Assembly: GCA_003971905.1 (NCBI GenBank)
Contig: RSEE01000131.1
Coordinates: 62,001-126,000, forward strand
Length of the DNA stretch: 64,000 nucleotides
Source of the DNA: Moniliella sp. 'wahieum'
Taxonomy: Eukaryota
Direction: 5' to 3'
Shown here: positions 46,605 through 59,133 of the stretch, piece by piece
Numbering within the stretch: the first letter of the stretch is position 1
Layout: the number at the start of each line of letters is the position of its first letter
Position numbers and translations under genes: made by a program
Notes under the pieces: model-generated
What the model was told of the DNA's origin: nothing
What the model saw: only the letters and a program-made list of their open reading frames with translations
Databases searched by the model: none

Positions 46605-48783
46605 CTGGCATCTCAGAATCTGAGTCTCAGAGCTGATTTACGCGTTACGCGTTACGCCCCACTCAACATATGTATTCCAATGCCGGCGGGGAGTACGAAG
46701 TAAGTCTTGTGGGGTTGGTCCCCCCCCCGCAATGTCTGAGGCATTGAGGCTTTTTGCTCTTTTTCTGTGGGGTTGAATCAACACGTGCGACCGCGACGCG
46801 TGACGCGTATGCATATGAATATCACGCCTGGCGGAGTGCTGGCCTGTGCTGGCGTGGCAAAAATGGGGTGGACGCCTTAGGGTTAGGGATTCGGAGGTGA
46901 GCCTCTGGAGATGTATGGAGTAGCACAATGGCGATAATGGTGGTGGTCAAGGTAGGGTCGAAGCTGTCTAAAAGCCTTCTGCCACACCCTAGAAAAGACA
47001 GGGGTTCGAGCAAGGCAGAACCTACACACGAGGAAGCTTCGCAGGTCAAATACGGGGCAAAGGGTATAATGTGTTACGATCATTCCATCCTGGTTCCCCA
47101 GCGATGTTCTATAGTACTTTTGAAGTGTGGTTGTGCGGTCGTCGTAGGAAGACAGAGAAGAGCTGAGTTGAACGGCTGAACGTGTGGAACGTTGAACGTT
47201 GGAAGCAGGCCGAGGAAGAGAAATGGAGAGGAACCAGGTCAGAGGATAGGGATGCTGGCGTGGTGCCAACACATGTGGAGAAGAAGATGCCGTCTCCGAT
47301 CCTTTTGGTCAACTATGGTAAGGCTCAAGGCTTAGTTAGGCCGAAGGCCTACTAAAAAGCGCCTTGTTGGCCTATATGTACGGGGCCGCCGGTCCCAACA
47401 GTTCATCCCCTCTTTGCTCGCCGAGGCCCTCCATTATGCCCAATGTGGGGCAGGGGAACAACATCGAAATGCACCAACCTGGCGTGCCCTCCATCGGCCA
47501 TAGCGCGTAAGGCGTAAAGCGCGTAATGGGATCTGGCAGGATCTGGCCTTGGGGTCGATGAAGCTTTCTGTGGCGGCGATCGGCCACTTAGTTTAAAATA
47601 TCCAGTACTCAGTCAGAAGTTCTTCAGCGCGAGTACGAAGTATATTTTTTACACTACGGTGTTGCCAGACGGTGATCCAGTGATTGGCTTCACCGGTCGT
47701 GGAGCCCTTCCGCGGTCTCAGATCTCACTAGCTCACTAGCAGTAATACCCGAGAGCTCCGCGGACCCGAGGGGGGAGGGCGCGCGTGGCCTTCTATCTTA
47801 TGTAGCCCTCGTCTTGCAGTTTACCGCCAACGCCCATCTCGCGCTACGCTACTGTCCTATACGCTTCAGTATTCCTTGCCTCGCCGGTGGTCGCTTAACA
47901 GAAGCGGGTCTACCGACCCTTCCACTAGTAAGTAGATGCAGCAAAAGCGTGGTTGCCCGCAATGATCTTGCCACCGCCATTGCCACGACCTATGTGGAGT
48001 GTAGGTGTGGTATAACCTTTGGTTGAACGCGACGCACACGAACCTCCTTTGCGGCAAGCGCCGGATTATGACCGGAGCCACCGCACTTGCCTCACGTACA
48101 GGCACTTCGCAAACGGGATCCCGAAGAGCACTCTTCCATTGAGGTCAGAGCGCTATGGGAACGTGACACACCCGAGGTTCTCGTGACCGAGAGCCCGCTG
48201 AGGTGCAAGGAGTCTCGCCTCCCGTCCGCCCGTCCGACAGCTCCTCGTTGAAACAGAGAGTGAAGTGCTCGAGCCATACATCAAACTGGCGCGTGAATTC
48301 AGCTCCACTGCTGTACTGGCGGGGCGCCGGGGAGGATCGGTCATAGCATACTAGTATTGGAGCGTGTGCGACGCCGCCGCGACTTCACGTTTTGCCATAT
48401 TGTCGGAAGGGTGCCGGAAACTCGCGTTCCATTTTAGCTCCAGGGGAGCCAGGCTCGGCGCGAGAGATGACCAATAAAAGCACAGCACCCAGAGTGACAT
48501 CCATGACTGCGTTATAGTCAAGGTGTTGAGTCGCATTGGACTCTAGCAGGCATGATCAGCTTTCCCATCGAGATCGATGTAACGAACACACATTTTTGAC
48601 AAACCGACGGGCCCACGGGCCATAGGTTGCCACCTTGCCAGTCAAGGTAACGTACGCCACCTGATTGGCCGCCATTGATGTTTTAATGGCACTTTGAGAC
48701 AACACTGGCTCTCCGCGTTTTTGTCGGAGCAAGGCCGCAGCAGGGCTGCGTTCTGGCAGAGGATGTAGTAGTGTCCAGAGCTG

Positions 48784-49243
48784 CCACATTCCCACCTATT
48801 TCTACACAAACATATGGACTGGATTATGTGAGGAATGTCCGATATTCATGTGAAAAGGAGTGGAGGGGTCACCGACCGGCTCCAAATGGAAGTCTATAAT
48901 GCGGCTTTGTTGGCGGCGGTCGTGAAGGCGGCCTGGGCGCGAGAGCTCGAGGAGAGTCCCCTCGGGGAGAAAGACCTCGACAAGGTGAGCTTTGTCGGCC
49001 TTGTTGAATTCAGGGTCGGTCAGCAACGTCTCAAGCTCGGTCTTGGTGTGCACAGCGTGGTACGCAGTCTTGGCGGGAACGGGGTCGCTGGCATGAGAGG
49101 ATACGGCAGGTTGAGTCCAAGTGGGTGGGGGGTGAACAAATCAATCAATTTCGAGTGGTTCCAAATTGCAATGTCGTTGTATGCCTCGTCCGGACCAAAG
49201 ATCTGCCGCTCCGCTTCGTACCCGTCATTGTGAGGAGAAACAT
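48784..49243 (-). pseudogene. Duplicated 3' fragment of the PDC gene plus its 3' flank (source ~54923-55383)
   Basis: Co-linear with 54923-55383: NDGYEAERQIFGPDEAYNDIAIWNHSKLIDLF...HTKTELETLLTDPEFNKADKAHLVEVFLP; homology stops at GAGAAACAT. Confidence 0.93.
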
Positions 49244-49719
49244 CATATAGCTAATCGAAATTTCTAGCCCAGAACCTTGCCGGCCACGCCACAAGCTTGT
49301 CTTTAGATTTGAGGGGCACAACCTTGTCACAGCCTCGCCAACACAGCTAGCCCCAACCTCTTGGACCACACGGCGGCAAGGCCGCCCAGCGAGGCTGTCC
49401 CTAGATTGCTGCCTATAAAGCTCGTCGCAACCTTGTCCGCTATTCTAGTCGCAACATTTGTGAACGGCGGCCAGCCTTGAGTCATCTTAAAAAAGAGGCC
49501 GACCCACGAATCGATCCTGAGGTTTCTCCAGCAAATAGTAGGAATTGGCCGTTGCACCAATGGAGCCTAAGAATCAAGCGGCAATTTGGCAATCTTGGGC
49601 CCACATGTGCTGTGTCCGTTTTCAGCCAAGTCGCTAACAACTGATAGACTGATGGTGTAGATATACATAACAGTGGTGACTACCATCATTAGCCATTCGG
49701 GAAGTATCTAAACATTCGT

Positions 49720-52700
49720 TACGGATTGTACTGCCTCCAAAACATCGTCGGCAGAAGGGCATTCTCGCCTCGACCGCCCACAGTCCTGGGCAAAAGCCAA
49801 GTCCGCAAGTCGCAGAATATATCGGTGGGGGGAGAGAAAGAGTTGACAAAGTGGTTGAGCACGTAGCGCTGTTCCGCCGACATCCCAGACAAGTTTTGTG
49901 CTGGACCCCATCGAACGTCAAGCCAGTGGTTGTATCCGTAATGCTGTTGGGGACAACCCGGCACTTGGCCTTCACGCAATTGTGCTGGACGTTAAGCGAA
50001 CCAAGATGGTGTGGATCTGCGAAGCCGGAATGTAAGTCATGCGTCGGGCGGACGCGCGCGGTAGCTCCAGGCCTCGCATGTCATATGCCGAGTCAATAGG
50101 CATGATGCGAGCCAAAGCGACCTTGACCCAAAGCACAGGGAGCACAAGGTTGGAACCAGTCCTCGCTGCTCCCTACCCCCCCTCGCGAGTCGGATTGGCC
50201 CGCCGGTGCACAGCAACCATATTAGGCCGTTGGGCGGCAATGTGTTCTATCCAGCCAATGGAGAAGGGCGGCGCATCATGATTCTGGGCATGGAGGGGTG
50301 GGGGACGTCACCAATATCCTGTTGGGCAACAAGCACCCAGTCCCCCCTGGCACAAAGCTGGCCATGCTGTACGCGGACCACGGCATGTCGACAATATCTT
50401 CGACCGGCCCAGTGGCAGAACGCCGCTCTGCTGTCATTGGTTCAGGAAGCCCAACCTTGTCGTGCACCGATATGACTTTGGCCTTAGCCACAGTCTGGAT
50501 CGAAGTCGGACACGATCTAGCGCTGGAAGGGCTGTTGCGGCCGGTACCGGGTGCGGGAGGGACTTGCCACACACTGCCGAGCCCTTGGCCCGAGCTGAAT
50601 CGTCGTGCCAGCTTGAGGCGGTGTACCATTCAATTGCAAAGCTGCTCGGCCCCTGCCGATCCAGACGTCTGCGGACAATTTCTTGGTGTTCCCACACCGG
50701 GCAGACCCTGTGTCACATCCTCCCCTTCATCGTCAGGGTTGTATCGTGGGCCACGAGTTTTGCACGCGGCATGTCGATTGCCCGCCCTCCACATAGCAGG
50801 TTTTGCAGGTTCTCCTGGGCTGCTACCTTGTAGTTCAAGTCGCGGCATATATCTTTGCGGTTCGTAAATGACCGCATTGCGTATGACGCGGACAAACTCC
50901 TCCTCACGCTGTGTGTCAGCGTTCTTGAGAGGACCCCACAACAGCGCCTGCTGGGAGAGGTGACTCTGAAGGTGGAACTTGGGGCGACGAACGAGCATGG
51001 CCGGGTCGATGGCAGCGATGGCCATGAAAATGTGTGAATCACCGCCTTTTGTCAAGCAGTTCCTGTGGGCACATCTGTACGGGCAGAATGTAAGCTGTGA
51101 ACTTGGACTAGCGAGATGATCACGGGCCTAGGAGAGCTAGCAGTTTCAGACGTACGCCATATGTAGCCCGGTCTTGAAATGCGAAGCCATCGATGTAGCA
51201 AAAGCCACTTAATGCGTGCGGCGGCCACAATGCACTTGCGGACATTCTCCAGCCTCTCAATCTTGCTCAGAAGTCTGTCTCGCCGTTTCCGTGACGCTGG
51301 GCTTGGCGGAGTCCAACCGTAGCATGGCCGCCAAGTTGGCAGCACCAGAGGGAGAGTCTGGCACAATATCTTGCAGTCAACCCCCGTGATGACTGAGCGC
51401 ATGCTGTGAACCACTTTAGTGCCATTGAGCCGTCGACCCACCGATTCCATGCCCCATGAGTTGAACGAATCCAGCCACAGCGCTAGCGAGGGCCCCTTAT
51501 CGAAGTTCGAGTCCGTCAGCAGCTCGATCGGGCCTTGACTCGCCCAAGGAGAACTGTGTGCATGACGTCGATCGCCAGCTCTTGCCGACCGAGAAACTCG
51601 AGCACCCCTGCCATTCGTGGACAGTCAAAAGGGGGTTGAACACTTAGCCGTTGTTCTTGAACTCATCCAGCAGCTCACGAACGCCGGAGTCCAAATTGGA
51701 AAGCAGCCTCTTGCGCTTCTTGCCATTCGTCGCCCCTGCTGAGTCCTCCAGAGTCTTGCGGGACTTGAACAGGATAAAGGATACGTCTTTCATATACTTG
51801 TCGTCGTTAACCCCGGTCTGGCTCGCCCGGTCGTCGATCCGACACGGCCGTCGTTCTTGACGACCATGTCGAGTTGGTGATCGACTTCGCGCCTAGTTTC
51901 GACACTTGAATGTATATCGTCTTCCGTCTTGATGTCCGCCGGTAATAGTCAGTCCCATTTTGATGCACAGCAGTAACACCAGCGGTGTCGTATACGCACT
52001 AGACAGTCAGCCACGTTCTCCGGCAACTATTCGTTCCCAGTTGCCGTCCGCAATCGCAAAACGCAGCAGCACGTGGGCAGTCATGCCCATAATGGAAGCC
52101 ATCTCGTTCGCGGCCACGTTGTCGCCCTTTATCATCCGCAGCACGGGCTGTACAAGGATCCATCCCTCGTGGTCGAATCCCAGACAGGGATGAGCTCTTC
52201 GTGATACTGCCTGCAAGTTCGAAAAAGACGTTAGCATGCTGCTTTTGCCCAGGAATCACAGTGACTTCAAAGGCAACTTGGCCTAGACTGCGATACTCAC
52301 TCTAGCTGTTTTACCAACTGCTTGCACAACGGGAGGAGAGACTTGGCCGTTTCCGATGCAAAGAGGAAAAGGTTCTTTGCCCATCTAGACTGCGACCGTG
52401 AACGTGCATGTTGCCCGGCAGCATGCTGTTCAGAGAGATTGGCCGATTGGACACATTGTCTGCAAAACCATCAGCCCAGCCCACCAGCTGTGGAGACGGA
52501 CCAGAGCTCGGCCACAGGCCTTGGCTCCAAGGGGATTGACGCCCTTCCCAATTTCCTCACCGTCCCTTGTTCCTGTATCGTATCAGGATGTGGAAGTCAT
52601 TATTAGTCAACCCGACAAGAATTGCCGCTGCGTGAAGAGCAAGAAAACTTACTAATGGTAGTATAGTCGTCGTAGAGGCGCAACTTGGTTATGTCCACCT

Positions 52701-53254
52701 GAGTAAGAATGAAGGCGCGTGTCCTCTTTTCCAGTGAACTTCAGCAGGTTGGACGTCTCGTCTTGGACCAGGTGGATTCCGATCCCGTGCCACGAGTCGC
52801 TATCAGCGTCGCGTTGCCACAAGACGGGAAAGAGAGGCGCGAAAATGCCGACCAGGTGAACAGATTCGCCAAGGTACATGTGAATAGCCAGATCGCGTGG
52901 ATGCTTATTGACCGTGACCATCGGCTGAGTCCTTGTGCCGATCAGATCCCATCGTCCCTTGTGTGGTTGTTCAATGAACCCGTCCTTGAGGGCCTGGACC
53001 ATCGCCCTGAGCGACCAGGGATTGGGATACTGTGACATCTTGGAGCGGATGGACGAGTTCGAGGACATGTATGAGGTGGAAAATGCGGTCTCACCCGAAG
53101 GACCCAATGTACATCGTCTCCTGATACAAACTGCTCGATGCACATATGAGGCGGGCACACCTTCTCGATTACCTTTTAGTTTTGTTGAGCGAGTAAGAGG
53201 CAATTTCCCTTCGCTCTTGACCGCGACTTGTGCGAATGCGGTCTTCTCTCGCAA
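49720..53254 (-). pseudogene. Degenerate fungal CACTA-like (Plavaka-related) transposase; intron 52211-52300
   Basis: Ordered motifs across frames: IKGDNVAANEMAS (~52120), FNPLFD...IDVMHTVLLG (~51640-51545), RPKFHLQSHL...WGP...REEEF...R...TNR (~50980-50865), LNVQHNCVKAKC (~49995-49960), RYVLN. Confidence 0.8.
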
Positions 53255-54255
53255 CGAGACGGTTGGACTGGAGTATCGTGCTGTATATAGCTGCTGTTAC
53301 GACTATCTCAAGTGCGTAGCTTAAAAAAATCTATATATAAACTAAACGCTCAGGCTGCAGGTGGGCGCCTTGAGCTGGCGGTGGCGTGGGGGGGCAACAC
53401 TGGCGCCATGCGGGTGGACCACCGGTGTGCCACCGGTGGTTGCGCCTATAACCGCACGCAGCTGCGCCGATGCGCTTGCCTCTCGACTACCACCACCACC
53501 GCCACCGCCCCTCTCTCGCTGGCCACACACTGTGCTACCGGAGCTGGCGACATGTGTCCTCGTTGCGCTGCCATTATATGCCCCCCCGCCACGCGCTTGC
53601 TGTGCTAGCGCCTGGCCTCGGTATGTCCACGCCCTCCGGGCGGATGCCTGTCGCACTGACTGACCTATGCGCAGCCACCGGAACCGAGTCGGCCACGCCT
53701 AGTGGCAGGCCTTGCCTGATATCATTCGCGCCAAGATGCCGGTCATACCTCCCGAAGGCGAGTTGAAGATCAAAGACGGGGGCGCTTCGAGCGGACGGTC
53801 GACGGCGACGGGTTCTCCGGCCAGGTCAGTACCTGCGCTTTGCCTTATCCGCCCATATACTGACAACGCCTTTAAGCAGGATGATTGGAGAAGGCGCTCA
53901 AGTGCTGAGGAAACGACCACGGAACATGTGCTGGCTTGCACACAGATCATCGTTTGCCGTATGGTTGCGGGACTCATTCTCCCTCTCGAACGCGATGACG
54001 CTTCGCCTCCACGCCGCAAGTTGTATGTGGCTCTTGTATCTTTGCCCTTCTATCCCTATCATCTCGGCGTCCCCATGATGTTTTTGGTCTGCGATTAAAC
54101 GACGAAGGCAAAGCTTCTGTGGTTGCCGCCGTCCTGAGGCTCCTCGAACAACCTGCCGTTGCCTTGGCGCTCCTCTACGTCTCTGTGTCTAAACAACCAT
54201 GGCAATGCATGCTACTTTTAAAGATAATCCACTGCCTGATCTGATAGCATCGTGG

Positions 54256-54381
54256 CACCCTAGCCACCACCCTAGCCACCACCCTAGCCACCACCCTAGC
54301 CACCACCCTAGCCACCACCCTAGCCACCACCCTAGCCACCACCTAGCCACCACCCTAGCCGCCAGCCTAGCCGCCAGCCTA
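54256..54381. repeat. (CACCCTAGCCAC)n 12-mer subterminal array of the transposon
   Basis: About 10 units, decaying to the right, ~230 bp inside the right TIR. Confidence 0.92.
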
Positions 54382-55033
54382 GTGAAAATCTGTGGCTAGC
54401 GTTGCCACCAGCCTGCCAGCAAGGCTGCGGACTGTCCGGGGATAGGTGGGGGATAGCTGGGGGTAACCTGGGGCCAAGCTGTCGGGTATAGATTGTCTCG
54501 ACCTTGGCGACCATCTTGCGCAAGCTTTTCTTGTACAGGGTTGTGGCACTTCTAATCATAGACTCACGGTATCAAATTCTTACCTTGAGCGAGATCGGCG
54601 GCAACGATGTGACTAGAAATTTCGATTAGCTATCAGTGGTGCTTCCGAGGAGAGAGGTGCAGAAGGCGATGAGGAGGGGGTAGGGCCTTTTATATAGCAC
54701 AGGGTACCGGAGGGGAGCAGAGGGAGCGTCCGGCGGATGATAGAGGGGTGATCGCGAATCGTTCTATGTTCTCTGCTTCCCCTCAGCTCGCTGTTACGGG
54801 CGACGGTGGGTGGCCGAGCCCGACCGAGCCCTACCGAGCCCATCCTCTCCCTTGCCTCCCTTGCCTGGGTTACACACCTCTCTCCGGTGGGCGGGCCCCA
54901 GCCTGGGATCTGCCCATGCCATCCACATTCCCACCTACTTCTGCACAAAGGTATGGGCTGGAGTATGTGAGGAATGTCCAATGTTCATGTGAAAAGGAGT
55001 GGAGGGGGTCACCGTCGGGCCCCAAATGGAAGT

Positions 55034-57096
<2,063 letters not shown>

Positions 57097-58084
57097 GACG
57101 TTGGGATGCGCGGTGGTGGTGGGAACCGAGCGAGGTTCTGCGCGGCCCCTTAAAACAGTTTGGAGGGGTTGGTGGTAATATAGCTGAGATCAGGCCCACG
57201 TGTGCTGATATATGATACCGCAGCAAAAACCGCAGCAAAAGACGGAGAGAGATGATGATGATCAGTCTGGGAGTGGCGGAGTAGCTCGTCATCATATGCC
57301 GCCTACTGGGGACGGTGAGGGACATTAAGATAAGAAACGGAGAGAGGGATCGTTATGGGGCGCTCCGATTATCTCCGGACACCGAGTCCCATTTCGTAAA
57401 CTCTCAGATCTCATCGAAGCCCATCACGTCTACCCCCGACTTCCCTCTCCACTCTTACCCTTATACGCTTACGAATTTACGGCTTACGTCGATCACTCTG
57501 CAAAGCCGCGGTTACTATCAGTAGCGCTTGCTCTTCTTTAGGACACTGTCTGTTCCCGCCAACTATTACACCGTACCGAGTGTGGTAACGCCCCGAGGAA
57601 CAGAGAAACTCCTGAGATCGTGGACCCCTTCAATTGGTCTTACCGCTTACGAACACAGGTCCTACCACGGAGTTCTGAGCTGCGGCCTTTGCACGTAAGC
57701 AGCCACCCAAACTAGGTCTCTCCCTTGCCTCTACACCCGCTCGGTTCACAACGTTCAACCAGGATCTGAAGCAGACCTAACGTACGCGTAACTCTAATGC
57801 CACACGTCCAAGGGCTTGCACCGGTTTCACCCTAAGTTCCGGGGTCGAGCACCGTCTCGGGGCTCGCCCCATGGCATGACATGTGACAGGGATGGTCGAT
57901 GGGGTTCCCAAAGACGCAAACCATTGACGCCAGACGTCTCTCTTTGACCCTGCTTGTGGAAGTTCTCAGGGATGCCACGAGACCCGCGCCGGAGACGCAG
58001 TATCTCTCAGCCACGCCGCATCAGGTACCCGTGGTATTCCTCGGTACATACATTTTTTGTAGATATCTAGCGGGCCAATAATAG

Positions 58085-59133
58085 TGGAACAGGGCGACGG
58101 ACATATGGACATGAGTGTCAGCCACCCCACCGGCTACAGCTATAGACATATTTAATTGCACCGATGCATGCGTTCACATTGGTTCGGCCGCCACCCACCA
58201 CACCAGCCGCTACCACCACCAACTCGTCCAGCGCCACACACCCGTATCCATCATCGTCCACTGCCTTGCCCCCCCCTGGGCGCTTCAGAAAGAGGACTGC
58301 CTGGGCCACCATGCGCCACCATTCATTCTTGTCAGCGCATAAGCAGATCTGACAAATCACATTCCTTCCACACTGTGTTATCCGACTCTCCCTTATGTTC
58401 TGCCCCTGACGGGCTTCCTCAGATTCTGGAATGCAACCACCATCATCCCTGCTCCCTGTCATAATTCTCAGATCAGTCCAGAATTGGTGGTGCGCCGACG
58501 CTGTCTGTTCGAACGGTGCGCCGCGCGGACCCGACCTGAGCTATTTGACAGTGGTAAGTTCTAAGACCTCAATCCTGGGCCAATCCAAAAGCCCATCAGC
58601 TTTCCTGAAAGGCCTGATTCTGGAGTACAACGCACTGGCAGATGTCAGATCCGTCCCGAATTGGTGGAGCACCCGCACCATCCGTACCGACCATCCGCCG
58701 TTTTGACTTAACCTCTCTGATGTGTGGACGTGGGGTGACCTCAATCCTAATAGTCCAATACTGGAGCGCCTTACCTCCCATGGAAGGTCTGCTTCTTGTG
58801 AATGGTGCGAATGTATCCAATCTATTGTTTGACGAGAATTGGTGCAGCACTGATGCCATCAACACAGGCCATCTGCACTGTCCCACGGTGGGCGGCGGAT
58901 GCGTGCTAACACCAAATGGGGTGTTGGTATGGAATACTCGCGACGAGACGGCCATGCGTGGTTCTAGTGCTCTCTCTGAGGACGGCACCAGGGGCAGGCT
59001 ACATGCCGGCATTAGAGTGCAGACCCGCTCGGCAATACACATTGACTACCTAAGCGTGAGCACAAGAGAATCTCTCTATGGGTGGCACCAGAGCCTCGCA
59101 GGCCGGTTATGTCAGCGTGATCACGTAGAATAA
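58085..59133 (+). pseudogene. Degenerate coding region with ~59-aa (177-bp) internal repeats, possibly LRR-like; boundaries approximate
   Basis: GAATTGGTG motif at 58481, 58658 and 58836; GACCTCAATCCT at 58565 and 58737; translated NWWCADAV / NWWSTRTI / NWCSTDAI, DLSYL / DLTSL, TSIL / TSIL, LKGLIL / MEGLLL. Confidence 0.5.

Larger units (their letters stand above)
49244..54638 (-). mobile_element. CACTG-type (CACTA/CMC superfamily) DNA transposon, ~5.4 kb
   Basis: Perfect 21-bp inverted repeat ATAGCTAATCGAAATTTCTAG (49247-49267) / CTAGAAATTTCGATTAGCTAT (54613-54633). The right end reads CACTG on the minus strand; the left end is degenerate (CATATAG). Internal transposase and subterminal tandem array present. 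Confidence 0.85.

Noticed and set aside
46877..46888. TTAGGGTTAGGG as an interstitial telomere
   Set aside because: Only two units; can arise by chance
46850..48500. Short ORFs in the right half of the esterase-carrying insert
   Set aside because: No recognisable domain; could not support a recombinase or transposase call
54256..54381. 12-mer and 7-mer arrays as CRISPR or telomeric repeats
   Set aside because: No unique spacers, eukaryotic context; the 12-mer is better explained as a transposon subterminal repeat
49248..54632. hAT element, because the TIR core begins TAG
   Set aside because: No 8-bp TSD, the right end extends to CACTG, and the transposase motifs are CMC-type
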